DNA from: Escherichia coli
Lineage (GTDB): Bacteria; Pseudomonadota; Gammaproteobacteria; Enterobacterales; Enterobacteriaceae
Direction: 5' to 3' (one strand)
DNA length: 64,000 nt
Assembly (NCBI RefSeq): GCF_009931435.1
Contig: NZ_CP043414.1
The position numbers and the translations under genes are program-made. Numbering within the stretch: position 1 is the first letter of the stretch; the number at the start of each line of letters is the position of its first letter. Under the pieces are notes generated by a model. It was not told where the DNA came from. It saw nothing but the letters and a program-made list of their open reading frames with translations, and ran no database searches. Positions 21,653 to 30,632 of the stretch are shown piece by piece.

Positions 21653-22603
21653 TTACGTTTTAATAATATGGGTGCCCGTTTCGCCACGCAGCGCCGCGGG
21701 CAGGCATTCCGGCGTGGTGATAATCACTTCTTTACCGCCCTGTTCCAGGAACGTCAGGCTGGCGATGATTTTTGGCAACATGCTGCCTGGCGGGAAATGC
21801 CCTTCCTGCATATAGCGGGTCATGGTGGCAATATCCACCCGATCCAGCGCCTGCTGCTGCGGTTTGCCAAAATGAATACACACTTTTTCGACGCCAGTGG
21901 TGATCACCAGAATGTCGGCGTGAATTTCACGGGCCAATAGCGCGGTAGAGAGATCTTTGTCGATAACCGCGTCCACGCTTTGGTAATCCCCCGCTTCACT
22001 GCACACCACCGGAATTCCACCGCCGCCCGCGCCAATTACCACAAAGCCTTGTTGGATCAGCGCCTTAATGGCAGGTGCTTCGACAATACGTTTCGGTTCC
22101 GGCGAGGCGACCACGCGGCGATAGCCGCGTCCGGCATCTTCAACAAAACGCCAGTCAGGGTTTGCCTTTTGTAATTCGTTACGCTGGCTTTCACTGAAGA
22201 ATGCGCCAATGGGCTTGGTGGGGTGAGCAAATCCCGGATCGTTTTTATCCACTTCCACCTGAGTCACCACGGTGACGGCTTTTTTCTCGCCGTGGCGCGC
22301 CAGCCGATTGTTCAGCGCCTGTTGGATCAAGTAGCCAATGCCGCCTTGCGTATCCGCCACACAGTTCGCCAGCGGCGTTAAGGGCAGCCCTTCGCGCTCG
22401 TGGGCAATCTCCGCACGGCGTAGATCCAGCCCAACCTGCGGCCCGTTGCCGTGGGTCAGCACAATGTCGTAATCGGAAGCCAGCATTTCCAGCACCGTAT
22501 CGGCGACGGCCTTCACCGCCTCCGCCTGATGCTCAATCGACTGGCTGGCGTTATCTTTGATAATGCTGTTGCCACCAATGGCAACGACCACAAGTTCTTT
22601 CAT
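21653..22603 (-). CDS. yahI: Carbamate kinase family protein (YahI-like)
   Basis: 316 aa; N-terminus MKELVVVAIGGNSI typical of the amino-acid-kinase/carbamate-kinase fold. Confidence 0.82.
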   Translation of the reverse strand: MKELVVVAIGGNSIIKDNASQSIEHQAEAVKAVADTVLEMLASDYDIVLTHGNGPQVGLDLRRAEIAHEREGLPLTPLANCVADTQGGIGYLIQQALNNRLARHGEKKAVTVVTQVEVDKNDPGFAHPTKPIGAFFSESQRNELQKANPDWRFVEDAGRGYRRVVASPEPKRIVEAPAIKALIQQGFVVIGAGGGGIPVVCSEAGDYQSVDAVIDKDLSTALLAREIHADILVITTGVEKVCIHFGKPQQQALDRVDIATMTRYMQEGHFPPGSMLPKIIASLTFLEQGGKEVIITTPECLPAALRGETGTHIIKT

Positions 22604-22609
22604 GTTGTT

Positions 22610-23105
22610 ATGTCCGCTACAGAGGGTGATGGGGTTATGACCAACGCCAGACAGCCTGATGCGCTACGCTTATCAGGCCTACAGATTCTTGTGCCATTCG
22701 TAGGCCGGATAAGGCGTCCACGCCGCATCCGGCAATGGTGACAAATGCCTGATGCGCTACGCTTATCAGGCCTACAGATTCTCGCGCCACTCGTAGGCCG
22801 GATAAGGCGTTCACGCCACAACCGGCAATGGTGACAAATGCCTGATGCGCTACGCTTATCAGGCCTACAGATTCTTGTGCCATTCGTAGGCCGGATAAGG
22901 CGTCCACGCCGCATCCGGCAATCGTGACAAATGCCTGATGCGCTACGCTTATCAGGCCTACAGATTCTTGCGCCACTCGTAGGCCGGATAAGGCGTTCAC
23001 GCCGCATCCGGCAATGGTGACAAATGCCTGATGCGCTACGCTTATCAGGCCTACAGATTCTCGCGCCACTCGTAGGCCGGATAAGGCGTTCACGCCACAT
23101 CCGGC
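22610..23105. repeat. BIME/REP array, five tandem units with a period of about 92-95 bp
   Basis: GCCTGATGCGCTACGCTTATCAGGCCTACAGATTCT...GTAGGCCGGATAAGGCG...GCATCCGGCAATGGTGACAAAT repeats starting near 22652, 22747, 22840, 22933 and 23025. Confidence 0.85.
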
Positions 23106-23118
23106 ATGAACATGTCAG

Positions 23119-24537
23119 TCAGACGCCGTAACGTTCGCACCAGCCAAGAATGGCTTTCTCGAAGCAGGCGAATGGTGGATGCACAATGCCCGCGCCAATC
23201 ATGCCGACGCCTGCATCTTTATGGGCAATGGCGGTGTTGATCACCGGCAGAATGCCACTGCTACCCACGCGGGTGATGTCGATTGCCGTCGGCACACCCA
23301 TAAAACCGAGCAGCGGAATGGTCACGTTGGGGTTTTCGCCGAGAGTGATTTCGCACATCTGACGGGAGAAATCGATAGCCTCTTCCACCGTACCGCCCAC
23401 CAGCGCGACGATTGCAGGCGCGGTCGCCATAGCAAATCCACCAATGCCGTAGGTTTCGGTGATGGCGCTGTCGCCAATATCCAGCCCCGAATCTTCCGGC
23501 TTATAACCGGCAAACATCGGGCCGATGACCTGTTGCGCCGGGCCGGTAAACCACTGCCCCGGCAGGCCGCTGACTCGCAGGCCGAACTCGACACCATTAC
23601 GCGCCATCGTGGTCACCACGGTGCTGTATTCGATGCCGTGCGCCGCATCCATCGCCGCTTTACACATCGCCATCCACGTCGGGCCGGAGAAGTAGTCGCT
23701 GCTGGCGACAAACTCAAACACTTCGCGCTGTTGCTCGACGGAATAACCCGCCTGAATAATCCCCGGCGTCAGCGCCTGAATCAGCAGCGTCGTCCCGGCG
23801 TTATTGCGGTTATGGCATTCATCGCCCATATGCAGCGCCTGCGCCAGCATCAAGCGCAGATCAATCTCACCGAGAATTTTCATCGCGTCACGCAGCATTG
23901 GCCCCTGCACATCGCGCATCCAGTTGAGGCGGTCAATCACGCTCTGATCGTTGGCACCCATACGCAAAATCTTCGCCATCTGCTCGCTCATATTGGTGTA
24001 AGCGATGTTGCCGAAGGTTTTGTTTTTCACGATGTGCATAAACATCGAGGCAGAGGTAACACCCGCCATCGAACCCACGCAGTCATGCTCGTGGCACGGC
24101 GAGAAAGTGATCTCCCCGGAAGCCGCCAGTTCAGCCGCCTCGTCAAGATCTTTCGCCAGCCCTTCGAACACCAGCGCCCCGGTGACCGCGCCTTTCATCG
24201 CGCCGCACATTTTTTCCCAGGTCACTGGCGGCCCGGCGTGAAGAATGGTTTTCACCGTCATGCCTGGCACCACGTTAATCGCCTGATCAAAACCAATCAG
24301 CACCGGATGCGACTGGATAATGCGTTCCAGCGCCTGCTGGTTAGCGGCGGCGATTTTGTCTGCCAGCGGCGAATCGGCAATGTTGTCCAGTGCCTGCACC
24401 ACCTGCATATTGCCCTGCCCCGGCGGCGTCCAGTCGAGTTGGGTTACTTCTACATGCTGCTTTTTCAGATCATCGCTAAACATAGCGATGCCGACATTAA
24501 TAACGTTCAACGGTTGGCTAAACAGTGACTGGCTCAT
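23119..24537 (-). CDS. yahG: DUF1116-family protein (YahG-like; paralogue of YlbE)
   Basis: Start placed at MSQSLF (8th codon of the 479-aa ORF), giving a TGATG stop/start overlap with yahF. Confidence 0.75.
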   Translation of the reverse strand: MSQSLFSQPLNVINVGIAMFSDDLKKQHVEVTQLDWTPPGQGNMQVVQALDNIADSPLADKIAAANQQALERIIQSHPVLIGFDQAINVVPGMTVKTILHAGPPVTWEKMCGAMKGAVTGALVFEGLAKDLDEAAELAASGEITFSPCHEHDCVGSMAGVTSASMFMHIVKNKTFGNIAYTNMSEQMAKILRMGANDQSVIDRLNWMRDVQGPMLRDAMKILGEIDLRLMLAQALHMGDECHNRNNAGTTLLIQALTPGIIQAGYSVEQQREVFEFVASSDYFSGPTWMAMCKAAMDAAHGIEYSTVVTTMARNGVEFGLRVSGLPGQWFTGPAQQVIGPMFAGYKPEDSGLDIGDSAITETYGIGGFAMATAPAIVALVGGTVEEAIDFSRQMCEITLGENPNVTIPLLGFMGVPTAIDITRVGSSGILPVINTAIAHKDAGVGMIGAGIVHPPFACFEKAILGWCERYGV

Positions 24538-26084
24538 CAGGCTTCCTCCCCTTTGCAAATAAATTCACGCGCCAGCAATCCGGTATTGGTGCTGCTGCTG
24601 GCCAGAATCACCCCGGCATCAAGCAGCATCTGGCTTTGTTGTGCTAACGATGGCGTATCGAGATCGGTACCCAGCACATAGGCGAGAATGATCAACTCGC
24701 GGCCTTCGGCGGCAGCGATCGCTTTCGCTTCTTTGATCGCCTCGATGGTGGAACCGACCGGATCTTCATGCGATCCAAATCCGAGCACAAAATCCATCAC
24801 GATCACCGCCACTTCTGGATCGCGCGCTTCTTCGATCAACCGGCTGATGCGGTTGGTGGGGTCAATCATTGGATGCGGCTTGCCGTTGGTGAAGTCGTCA
24901 TCGCCAAAGTCGAGGAAGGTGTGTTTGATGCTGCGGTTGATATCTTGCAGGCGGAATTCCGGATCGGGCTGAATGTTGCTGTAGACATCGCCATGTTTTT
25001 CCATCACCGCGAACATGGTTTCGTCACACAGCGTACCGCCGCAGAACAGTCCTCGAATGTATTTCTGCTGCGGTTGCAGGCGAGCGCGCACGTCAGCAAT
25101 CAACGGCTGGTTCAGCGTATGCAGCTCGAGATGTTCCTGTTTCACGCCGGAGAGCATCACCGCTTTCAATGCCGCCTCTTTACTGCCGCGGGCAAACTGT
25201 AGCCCCTGCTCATCCACTGGTGTTTCGCCACGGCCGAGGAAGCAGACCACCACCGGCTTGCGGCAGGCGCGTGCGCGTTCCAGCACTTTGCGGGCCACCG
25301 CAGGCGCAGGCGGTTTGGAGATAAGTACAATGATTTCAGTTTGCGGATCGTTTTCCAGCATCCCGATGGCGTCGAGCATCATCAGGCCGCCGATTTTCTC
25401 GCTCAGGTCGCGCCCGCCGGTGCCAATCAGTTGCGAAATGCCGCCACCAAATTCATGAATGCGGACGCTCAGCTCCTGGCTACCGGTGCCGGATGCGCCA
25501 ACAATACCGATGTTGCCGCGACGCACAGCGTTACCAAAGCAGAGCGCCGCGCCGTTGATAATCGCCGTGCCGCAGTCTGGCCCCATCATCAGCAGCCCTT
25601 TTTCGTGGGCCAGTTGCTTGAGCGCCAGTTCATCTTCAACTGAGACATTATCGGAAAACAGCATCACGTTAAGATCGTTTTGCAGCGCCTGACGTGCTTC
25701 GCGAGCGGCAAACAGACCGTTGACCGAAATCACTGCCAGGTTATTTTCCGGGATATGCTTTTTGGCGCTGGCAATCGTGGCATAACGCGCCTCGTGCGAG
25801 CCGCTTTGCGCTTTGCTGTTGAACAGTTCTTCAATCTCCACCAGCAACTGCTCGTTGTCTGCGCCCGCTTTGCCGTTGATGACAATCATCAGGTCGCCGT
25901 TTTTCGCCTGCTCCAGCTCCGGCGTCAGCAGCCCTAAATTCTTCAGCACGCCTTTGTTCATTTCTGTCGCCATCGCCACAAATGCCTGCTCGACGCCGTC
26001 GAGTTTATTTGCACGCGTGGAGATAGACATCAGCGAGACAGAATCAAAATAGGTATTCGGTTTAATGACTATTTTAACTGACAT
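24537..26084 (-). CDS. yahF: FdrA-like protein, CoA-binding/succinyl-CoA-synthetase-like fold (YahF-like)
   Basis: 515 aa with glycine-rich nucleotide/CoA-binding segments (GIVGASGTG, LFCGGTL); overlaps yahE and yahG. Confidence 0.8.
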   Translation of the reverse strand: MSVKIVIKPNTYFDSVSLMSISTRANKLDGVEQAFVAMATEMNKGVLKNLGLLTPELEQAKNGDLMIVINGKAGADNEQLLVEIEELFNSKAQSGSHEARYATIASAKKHIPENNLAVISVNGLFAAREARQALQNDLNVMLFSDNVSVEDELALKQLAHEKGLLMMGPDCGTAIINGAALCFGNAVRRGNIGIVGASGTGSQELSVRIHEFGGGISQLIGTGGRDLSEKIGGLMMLDAIGMLENDPQTEIIVLISKPPAPAVARKVLERARACRKPVVVCFLGRGETPVDEQGLQFARGSKEAALKAVMLSGVKQEHLELHTLNQPLIADVRARLQPQQKYIRGLFCGGTLCDETMFAVMEKHGDVYSNIQPDPEFRLQDINRSIKHTFLDFGDDDFTNGKPHPMIDPTNRISRLIEEARDPEVAVIVMDFVLGFGSHEDPVGSTIEAIKEAKAIAAAEGRELIILAYVLGTDLDTPSLAQQSQMLLDAGVILASSSTNTGLLAREFICKGEEA

Positions 26085-26937
26085 AATTCCCTCCGTAGGT
26101 TTGGCTCAGCGCACAACCATCGGCCATGCCATACAGCATGTCGCAGCCGGAACTGGAGCCAATATGTTTAATTTTTTCTATTGCCTGAGTTGCGTTCCCA
26201 GGTATGTCATAAATAATGTTATGAATAAAACGATGAATATTTTCCCGGCAGCGTTGTTGTAATGCGGCTTCCAGCGTTATGGCACTTAATAACGTGGTAT
26301 TATTTCTGCCGTGTTGCAGACCGAGATAAAATTCCTCTTTGTATTTTTCCGCCGGATGCCCAGGAACAAATAAAATAAGCGCCAGACCTGTTAAATAATC
26401 GTCGGCTGATGGCGTAAGGCCAATCCCTAACCCCATCATACTGACGACCGCTGAGGCGATATTTTGTTTATCGTTTACGGCCTGAATAACTGCCCGTCGT
26501 TTAATATGTAATTCTTTATTTAACGCCTGATAAAACGGATTATCGCCGCGATAATTAAACAGGGTTTCATTTTCCCCCAGGTGCTGATGAATAATGTCGT
26601 GCCACTGTTGCCAGGCGATAAGGTGAAAATTTTCAGCGGTCATTTGCAAAGCTGGGGACAGCCAACGCTGGCAATGACTCATCTCTATATGAAGATGTTG
26701 ACCAACCGTAATACCTTGATCATCAAACTGAACCTTATCACCATGACGGAACAGACCATCAAAGTGAGTGAGTGCCAACCGACAACTGTTTGGCGCATTG
26801 TCGTACTCTTCACAAAGCAGCGTTAGCAACTGCTGGCGAACCGGGAGTGCGATATTTACCGCTCTGGCAAAGACCTGTTCAACCTGTCCTTGCCCCCGCT
26901 GTACCAGAAAATCTGCATCCGCAGTTAGCGCCCACAC
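26074..26937 (-). CDS. yahE: DUF2877-family protein (YahE-like; paralogue of YlbF)
   Basis: 287-aa ORF overlapping the yahF start by 11 nt; synteny. Confidence 0.7.
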   Translation of the reverse strand: MWALTADADFLVQRGQGQVEQVFARAVNIALPVRQQLLTLLCEEYDNAPNSCRLALTHFDGLFRHGDKVQFDDQGITVGQHLHIEMSHCQRWLSPALQMTAENFHLIAWQQWHDIIHQHLGENETLFNYRGDNPFYQALNKELHIKRRAVIQAVNDKQNIASAVVSMMGLGIGLTPSADDYLTGLALILFVPGHPAEKYKEEFYLGLQHGRNNTTLLSAITLEAALQQRCRENIHRFIHNIIYDIPGNATQAIEKIKHIGSSSGCDMLYGMADGCALSQTYGGNYVS

Positions 26938-26976
26938 ACACCGTCTTTCTGGTGTGTTGATAGCAAACCTCCCGGT

Positions 26977-27582
26977 TTATGCGCCTGCGGCAATCAGCAA
27001 CTGAGCAATCTCTTCAAAGCCCCGTTCCCGTGCCAGTTCCAGCGGCGTTTTACCATATTTATCCGTCATGTGCGGGCTGGCACCGTGTTCCAGCAATAAC
27101 TGGACAATCGCCTGCTGTTTTATCCCGCCATCATTAAGCACAATTGCTTCCAGTAGCGGCGTCCAGCCAACATGGTTGGTCTGGTTAACGTTAATCTCCG
27201 TATGCGCCAAAAGCTCTTTTACAATACTTAAATGGCCTTTTTCACAGGCAGGCGTCAGGCCGACACCGCCGAAACGGGTTACACAATTAAGGTCTGGTTT
27301 AGCCGGTAAAATAATCCGTAACAGGGTTAAATCGCCGGTCAGGCAGCTCATTAAAAAAGGATTTAAACAGGTCTGGTCTTGTTTATTAATATCCGCACCG
27401 GCATCAATTAACGCCTGAACGCAAGCATATTGCTGATATAAACTTGCCAGCGTAATTGCCGTTTTCCCCTGGCGATCGCAGGTATTAATATCGACACCCA
27501 GAGCAAGGCAGGCTTTTACTTTATCGATATCACCCTGTTGCGCAGCCAATAAATAGTCGGCAGGTAGATTTTTTATACTCAT
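26977..27582 (-). CDS. yahD: Ankyrin-repeat protein (YahD-like)
   Basis: Repeated ankyrin motifs (G-TPL--A...LL--GAD-N); start placed at MSIKNL. Confidence 0.8.
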   Translation of the reverse strand: MSIKNLPADYLLAAQQGDIDKVKACLALGVDINTCDRQGKTAITLASLYQQYACVQALIDAGADINKQDQTCLNPFLMSCLTGDLTLLRIILPAKPDLNCVTRFGGVGLTPACEKGHLSIVKELLAHTEINVNQTNHVGWTPLLEAIVLNDGGIKQQAIVQLLLEHGASPHMTDKYGKTPLELARERGFEEIAQLLIAAGA

Positions 27583-27839
27583 TAACATTCCCCTGGTTTT
27601 TGTGGCTGTTTTCGATGAATTGAGAATAGCAACGATAATCTGATAAAAGAACCCGCTTAAATTTAATTCGCCGTATTTCGCCTTTTTGTTGAATGATGTT
27701 CAACAATCTTTTCGCAGTGTGCGGTAGTGCAATATTTGTTTCTTTGACCCGATACCCTTCCACTCAATCAGGTTTTATTTCTCTATAGTCTGCACATGTA
27801 AGAGTAGCTTTCGTCCATGTCTAACCAGAGGGGAACAAG

Positions 27840-28337
27840 ATGAACGGACTCACGGCAACGGGTGTCACCGTCGGTATTTGTGCAGGGCTTTGGCAGTTAG
27901 TGTCTTCACATGTTGGGCTTTCTCAGGGATGGGAATTATTAGGAACCATTGGCTTTGTCGCCTTTTGCAGTTTTTATGCCGCAGGCGGCGGTAAATCGGG
28001 GTTTATCAGAAGCCTGGCGGTTAATTATTCCGGGATGGTGTGGGCGTTTTTCGCCGCGCTGGCTGCCGGTTGGCTGGCCTCGGTGAGTGGGATTTCCGGC
28101 TTCTGGGCGAGCGTGATTATGACTGTACCCTTCTCGGCGGTGGTGGTCTGGCAAGGACGTTTCGGTTTACTGTCTTTTATTCCCGGAGGCTTTCTCGGCA
28201 TGACGCTATTTTTTGCCAGCGGGATGAACTGGACGGTGACATTACTGGGTTTTCTGGCGGGTAACTGCGTGGGGATAATTTCAGAATATGGCGGACAAAA
28301 ATTAAGCGAAGCGACGACTAAACGCGACGGGTATTAA
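27840..28337 (+). CDS. yahC: Small inner-membrane protein (YahC-like)
   Basis: 165 aa with about 4 hydrophobic segments; divergent from yahD. Confidence 0.7.
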   Translation: MNGLTATGVTVGICAGLWQLVSSHVGLSQGWELLGTIGFVAFCSFYAAGGGKSGFIRSLAVNYSGMVWAFFAALAAGWLASVSGISGFWASVIMTVPFSAVVVWQGRFGLLSFIPGGFLGMTLFFASGMNWTVTLLGFLAGNCVGIISEYGGQKLSEATTKRDGY

Positions 28338-28428
28338 AAGTTATTCAAAAATGATTATCTATCTTTAACCGATACCTCTACAGTCATAGCTGGAGAAATT
28401 CATAGTAGATAATGGCGGGAATGGTTTA

Positions 28429-29361
28429 ATGAACTCAATTTTTACCGAAGAGAATCTGTTGGCATTTACTACCGCTGCGCGTTTTGGCAGCTTCAGTAAA
28501 GCCGCAGAAGAGTTGGGTTTAACCACTTCCGCCATTAGCTACACCATCAAGCGAATGGAAACAGGGCTGGATGTGGTGCTGTTCACTCGCAGTACCCGCA
28601 GCATTGAGTTAACGGAGTCCGGGCGTTATTTTTTCCGCAAAGCTACCGACCTGCTGAATGATTTTCACGCCATCAAACGCAGCATCGATACTATTTCGCA
28701 GGGCATAGAAGCGCGTGTGCGTATTTGTATTAATCAGCTGCTTTATACGCCCAAACACACCGCACGCTTATTACAGGTACTGAAAAAGCAGTTTCCAACC
28801 TGCCAGATTACCGTCACCACCGAAGTGTATAATGGCGTCTGGGATGCGATTATTAATAATCAGGCGAATATCGCTATCGGCGCACCCGACACGCTGCTGG
28901 ACGGCGGCGGCATTGATTACACGGAGATTGGCGCGATTCGCTGGGCTTTTGCTATCGCCCCGGATCACCCGTTAGCCTTTGTGCCGGAACCCATCGCCGA
29001 AAGCCAACTGCGTCTCTATCCTAATATCATGGTGGAAGACACCGCGCATACGATTAATAAAAAAGTGGGCTGGTTGCTGCATGGGCAGGAGTCGATTCTG
29101 GTGCCAGATTTCAACACCAAATGTCAGTGCCAGATTTTAGGCGAAGGAATTGGTTTTTTGCCGGATTACATGGTCCGCGAGGCGATGGCGCAAGCGCTAC
29201 TGGTTACCCGACAAATTCATAACCCGCGCCAGGATTCGCGCATGTTACTGGCAACTCAACACTCTGCCACCGGTCAAGTGACGCAGTGGATTAAAAAGCA
29301 GTTTGCGCCAAAGGGTATATTAACAGGGATCTATCAGGATTTACTGCATCGGGAGAATTGA
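28429..29361 (+). CDS. yahB: LysR-family transcriptional regulator (YahB-like)
   Basis: 310 aa with N-terminal HTH ...FGSFSKAAEELGLTTSAISYTIKRME... Confidence 0.85.
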   Translation: MNSIFTEENLLAFTTAARFGSFSKAAEELGLTTSAISYTIKRMETGLDVVLFTRSTRSIELTESGRYFFRKATDLLNDFHAIKRSIDTISQGIEARVRICINQLLYTPKHTARLLQVLKKQFPTCQITVTTEVYNGVWDAIINNQANIAIGAPDTLLDGGGIDYTEIGAIRWAFAIAPDHPLAFVPEPIAESQLRLYPNIMVEDTAHTINKKVGWLLHGQESILVPDFNTKCQCQILGEGIGFLPDYMVREAMAQALLVTRQIHNPRQDSRMLLATQHSATGQVTQWIKKQFAPKGILTGIYQDLLHREN

Positions 29362-29402
29362 TATCTACCAACCTCCCGATGCGCTGTGAATAGCGGTTTA
29401 CA

Positions 29403-30491
29403 TCAACCACCTGCTTTCATTACCCATTCAGAGATAAATTTATTACCCGGTACTGGCGGAGAGTACAAATAGCCCTGCAAAAAGTGAACGCCTTTGCCGA
29501 TCATTAAATCCGCCTGCTCCTGGGTTTCTACCCCTTCCGCCACGATACTCAGACCAGGCTTACGCGCCAGTTCGACAATATTGTCCACAATATGACCGGA
29601 AATTTCGTCGACACTCGCCATTTGCACAAACGACTTGTCAATTTTAATAAAATCGACCGGAAACGCCTGCAGATAACGATAGGTCGCATAACCCGTACCA
29701 AAGTCATCCAGCGCAAAGGTAATGTTGTGCTGATGAAGGCTGTCAAATATCGCTCTGGCTTCTGGCGTTACCGGAATGGGGTTGCGTTCCGTTAGCTCAA
29801 GAACCAGCTTGATTTTATCGTTACCTAATTTCTTGACCAGGTTCAGACACTCTTTTTCAAATCCTGCGGCCAAAAAACATCCTGCCGAGACGTTGATTCC
29901 AATATGGAAATTATCCGGCAGCAAATGTTTTACTGGCATCAGAATATCCGCAGTCTGTTTCATCAGCTGGCGAGTCATTATGACAATAAGACCGGATGAC
30001 TCCGCCAGAGGAATAAACTGATCCGGTGGGATAATTCCCGTTTGCGGATGTTCCCAGCGAACAAGCACTTCACAGCCCGTCAGTACCCCTGTCTGCGCGC
30101 AGAAAACGGGCTGGATCCACGGTTTGAATTCGTGATTTTCCAACGCCAGACTGATGGCTTCAGGCGTGACGATATGGTGACAACGGTTATCAGGAATATA
30201 AAAATTATTTTTATTTCCCTTGCCACTGATGACTTGCGGATGATATTGAAAAAAGATATCCCGCCAGAAAGTAATATCACTCTGGATGCCTAATTTTTCA
30301 TACAACTGCTTCTTCTGATGTGAAATTGTCTTTGCGCTACGATTTCTGTATTGTGATATTTCTGTAACCGACATTCCCTCCATTAGCAGCTTGAGTAAAA
30401 GCCGTTCTTTTTCGGACACGATACCAGGCAAGGTCAAATTAACCGTTGCCCCGAACTCTTCCAAAAAAACACTCAAATCATGCGAAGCCAT
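29403..30491 (-). CDS. pdeL: c-di-GMP phosphodiesterase with LuxR-type HTH and EAL domain (PdeL/YahA)
   Basis: N-terminal LuxR HTH (LLMEGMSVTEISQYRNRSAKTISHQKKQ) and EAL-domain motifs (ELTE, DDFGTGYA); start placed at MASHDL. Confidence 0.85.
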   Translation of the reverse strand: MASHDLSVFLEEFGATVNLTLPGIVSEKERLLLKLLMEGMSVTEISQYRNRSAKTISHQKKQLYEKLGIQSDITFWRDIFFQYHPQVISGKGNKNNFYIPDNRCHHIVTPEAISLALENHEFKPWIQPVFCAQTGVLTGCEVLVRWEHPQTGIIPPDQFIPLAESSGLIVIMTRQLMKQTADILMPVKHLLPDNFHIGINVSAGCFLAAGFEKECLNLVKKLGNDKIKLVLELTERNPIPVTPEARAIFDSLHQHNITFALDDFGTGYATYRYLQAFPVDFIKIDKSFVQMASVDEISGHIVDNIVELARKPGLSIVAEGVETQEQADLMIGKGVHFLQGYLYSPPVPGNKFISEWVMKAGG

Positions 30492-30632
30492 TGAACACAC
30501 CTTGATGAAATCTTGTGCGCCAGCTAAATCTGCTTGTCTTCACTCTAACTGATAAAGCTGACTGCAAGAAAATGACACAGAGAGCCGAATTATCTCCCGT
30601 TCGGCTCTCTCTCCTTTTACTCATTATTCAGA

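Noticed and set aside
22600-23100. 166-aa and 152-aa minus-strand ORFs with internally repeated peptide sequence, and the analogous ORFs at 3066..3314 and 2870..3220
   Set aside because: They lie entirely within REP/BIME tandem arrays; the repeated peptides are an artefact of translating the DNA repeats.
22610-23105. Regular repeat array that could be mistaken for CRISPR
   Set aside because: Units are about 93 bp, palindromic and of REP type, with no alternation of about 30-bp repeats and unique spacers and no cas genes nearby.
23179-24528. 449-aa ORF on the plus strand opposite yahG, and similar long antisense ORFs opposite prpE (3530..4288), prpD/prpE (5012..5692), the autotransporter (31344..31970) and fdeC (52682..53134)
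   Set aside because: These are shadow ORFs inside GC-rich genes with strong homology-supported coding on the other strand; they are Arg/His-rich with low-complexity composition and no recognisable motifs.
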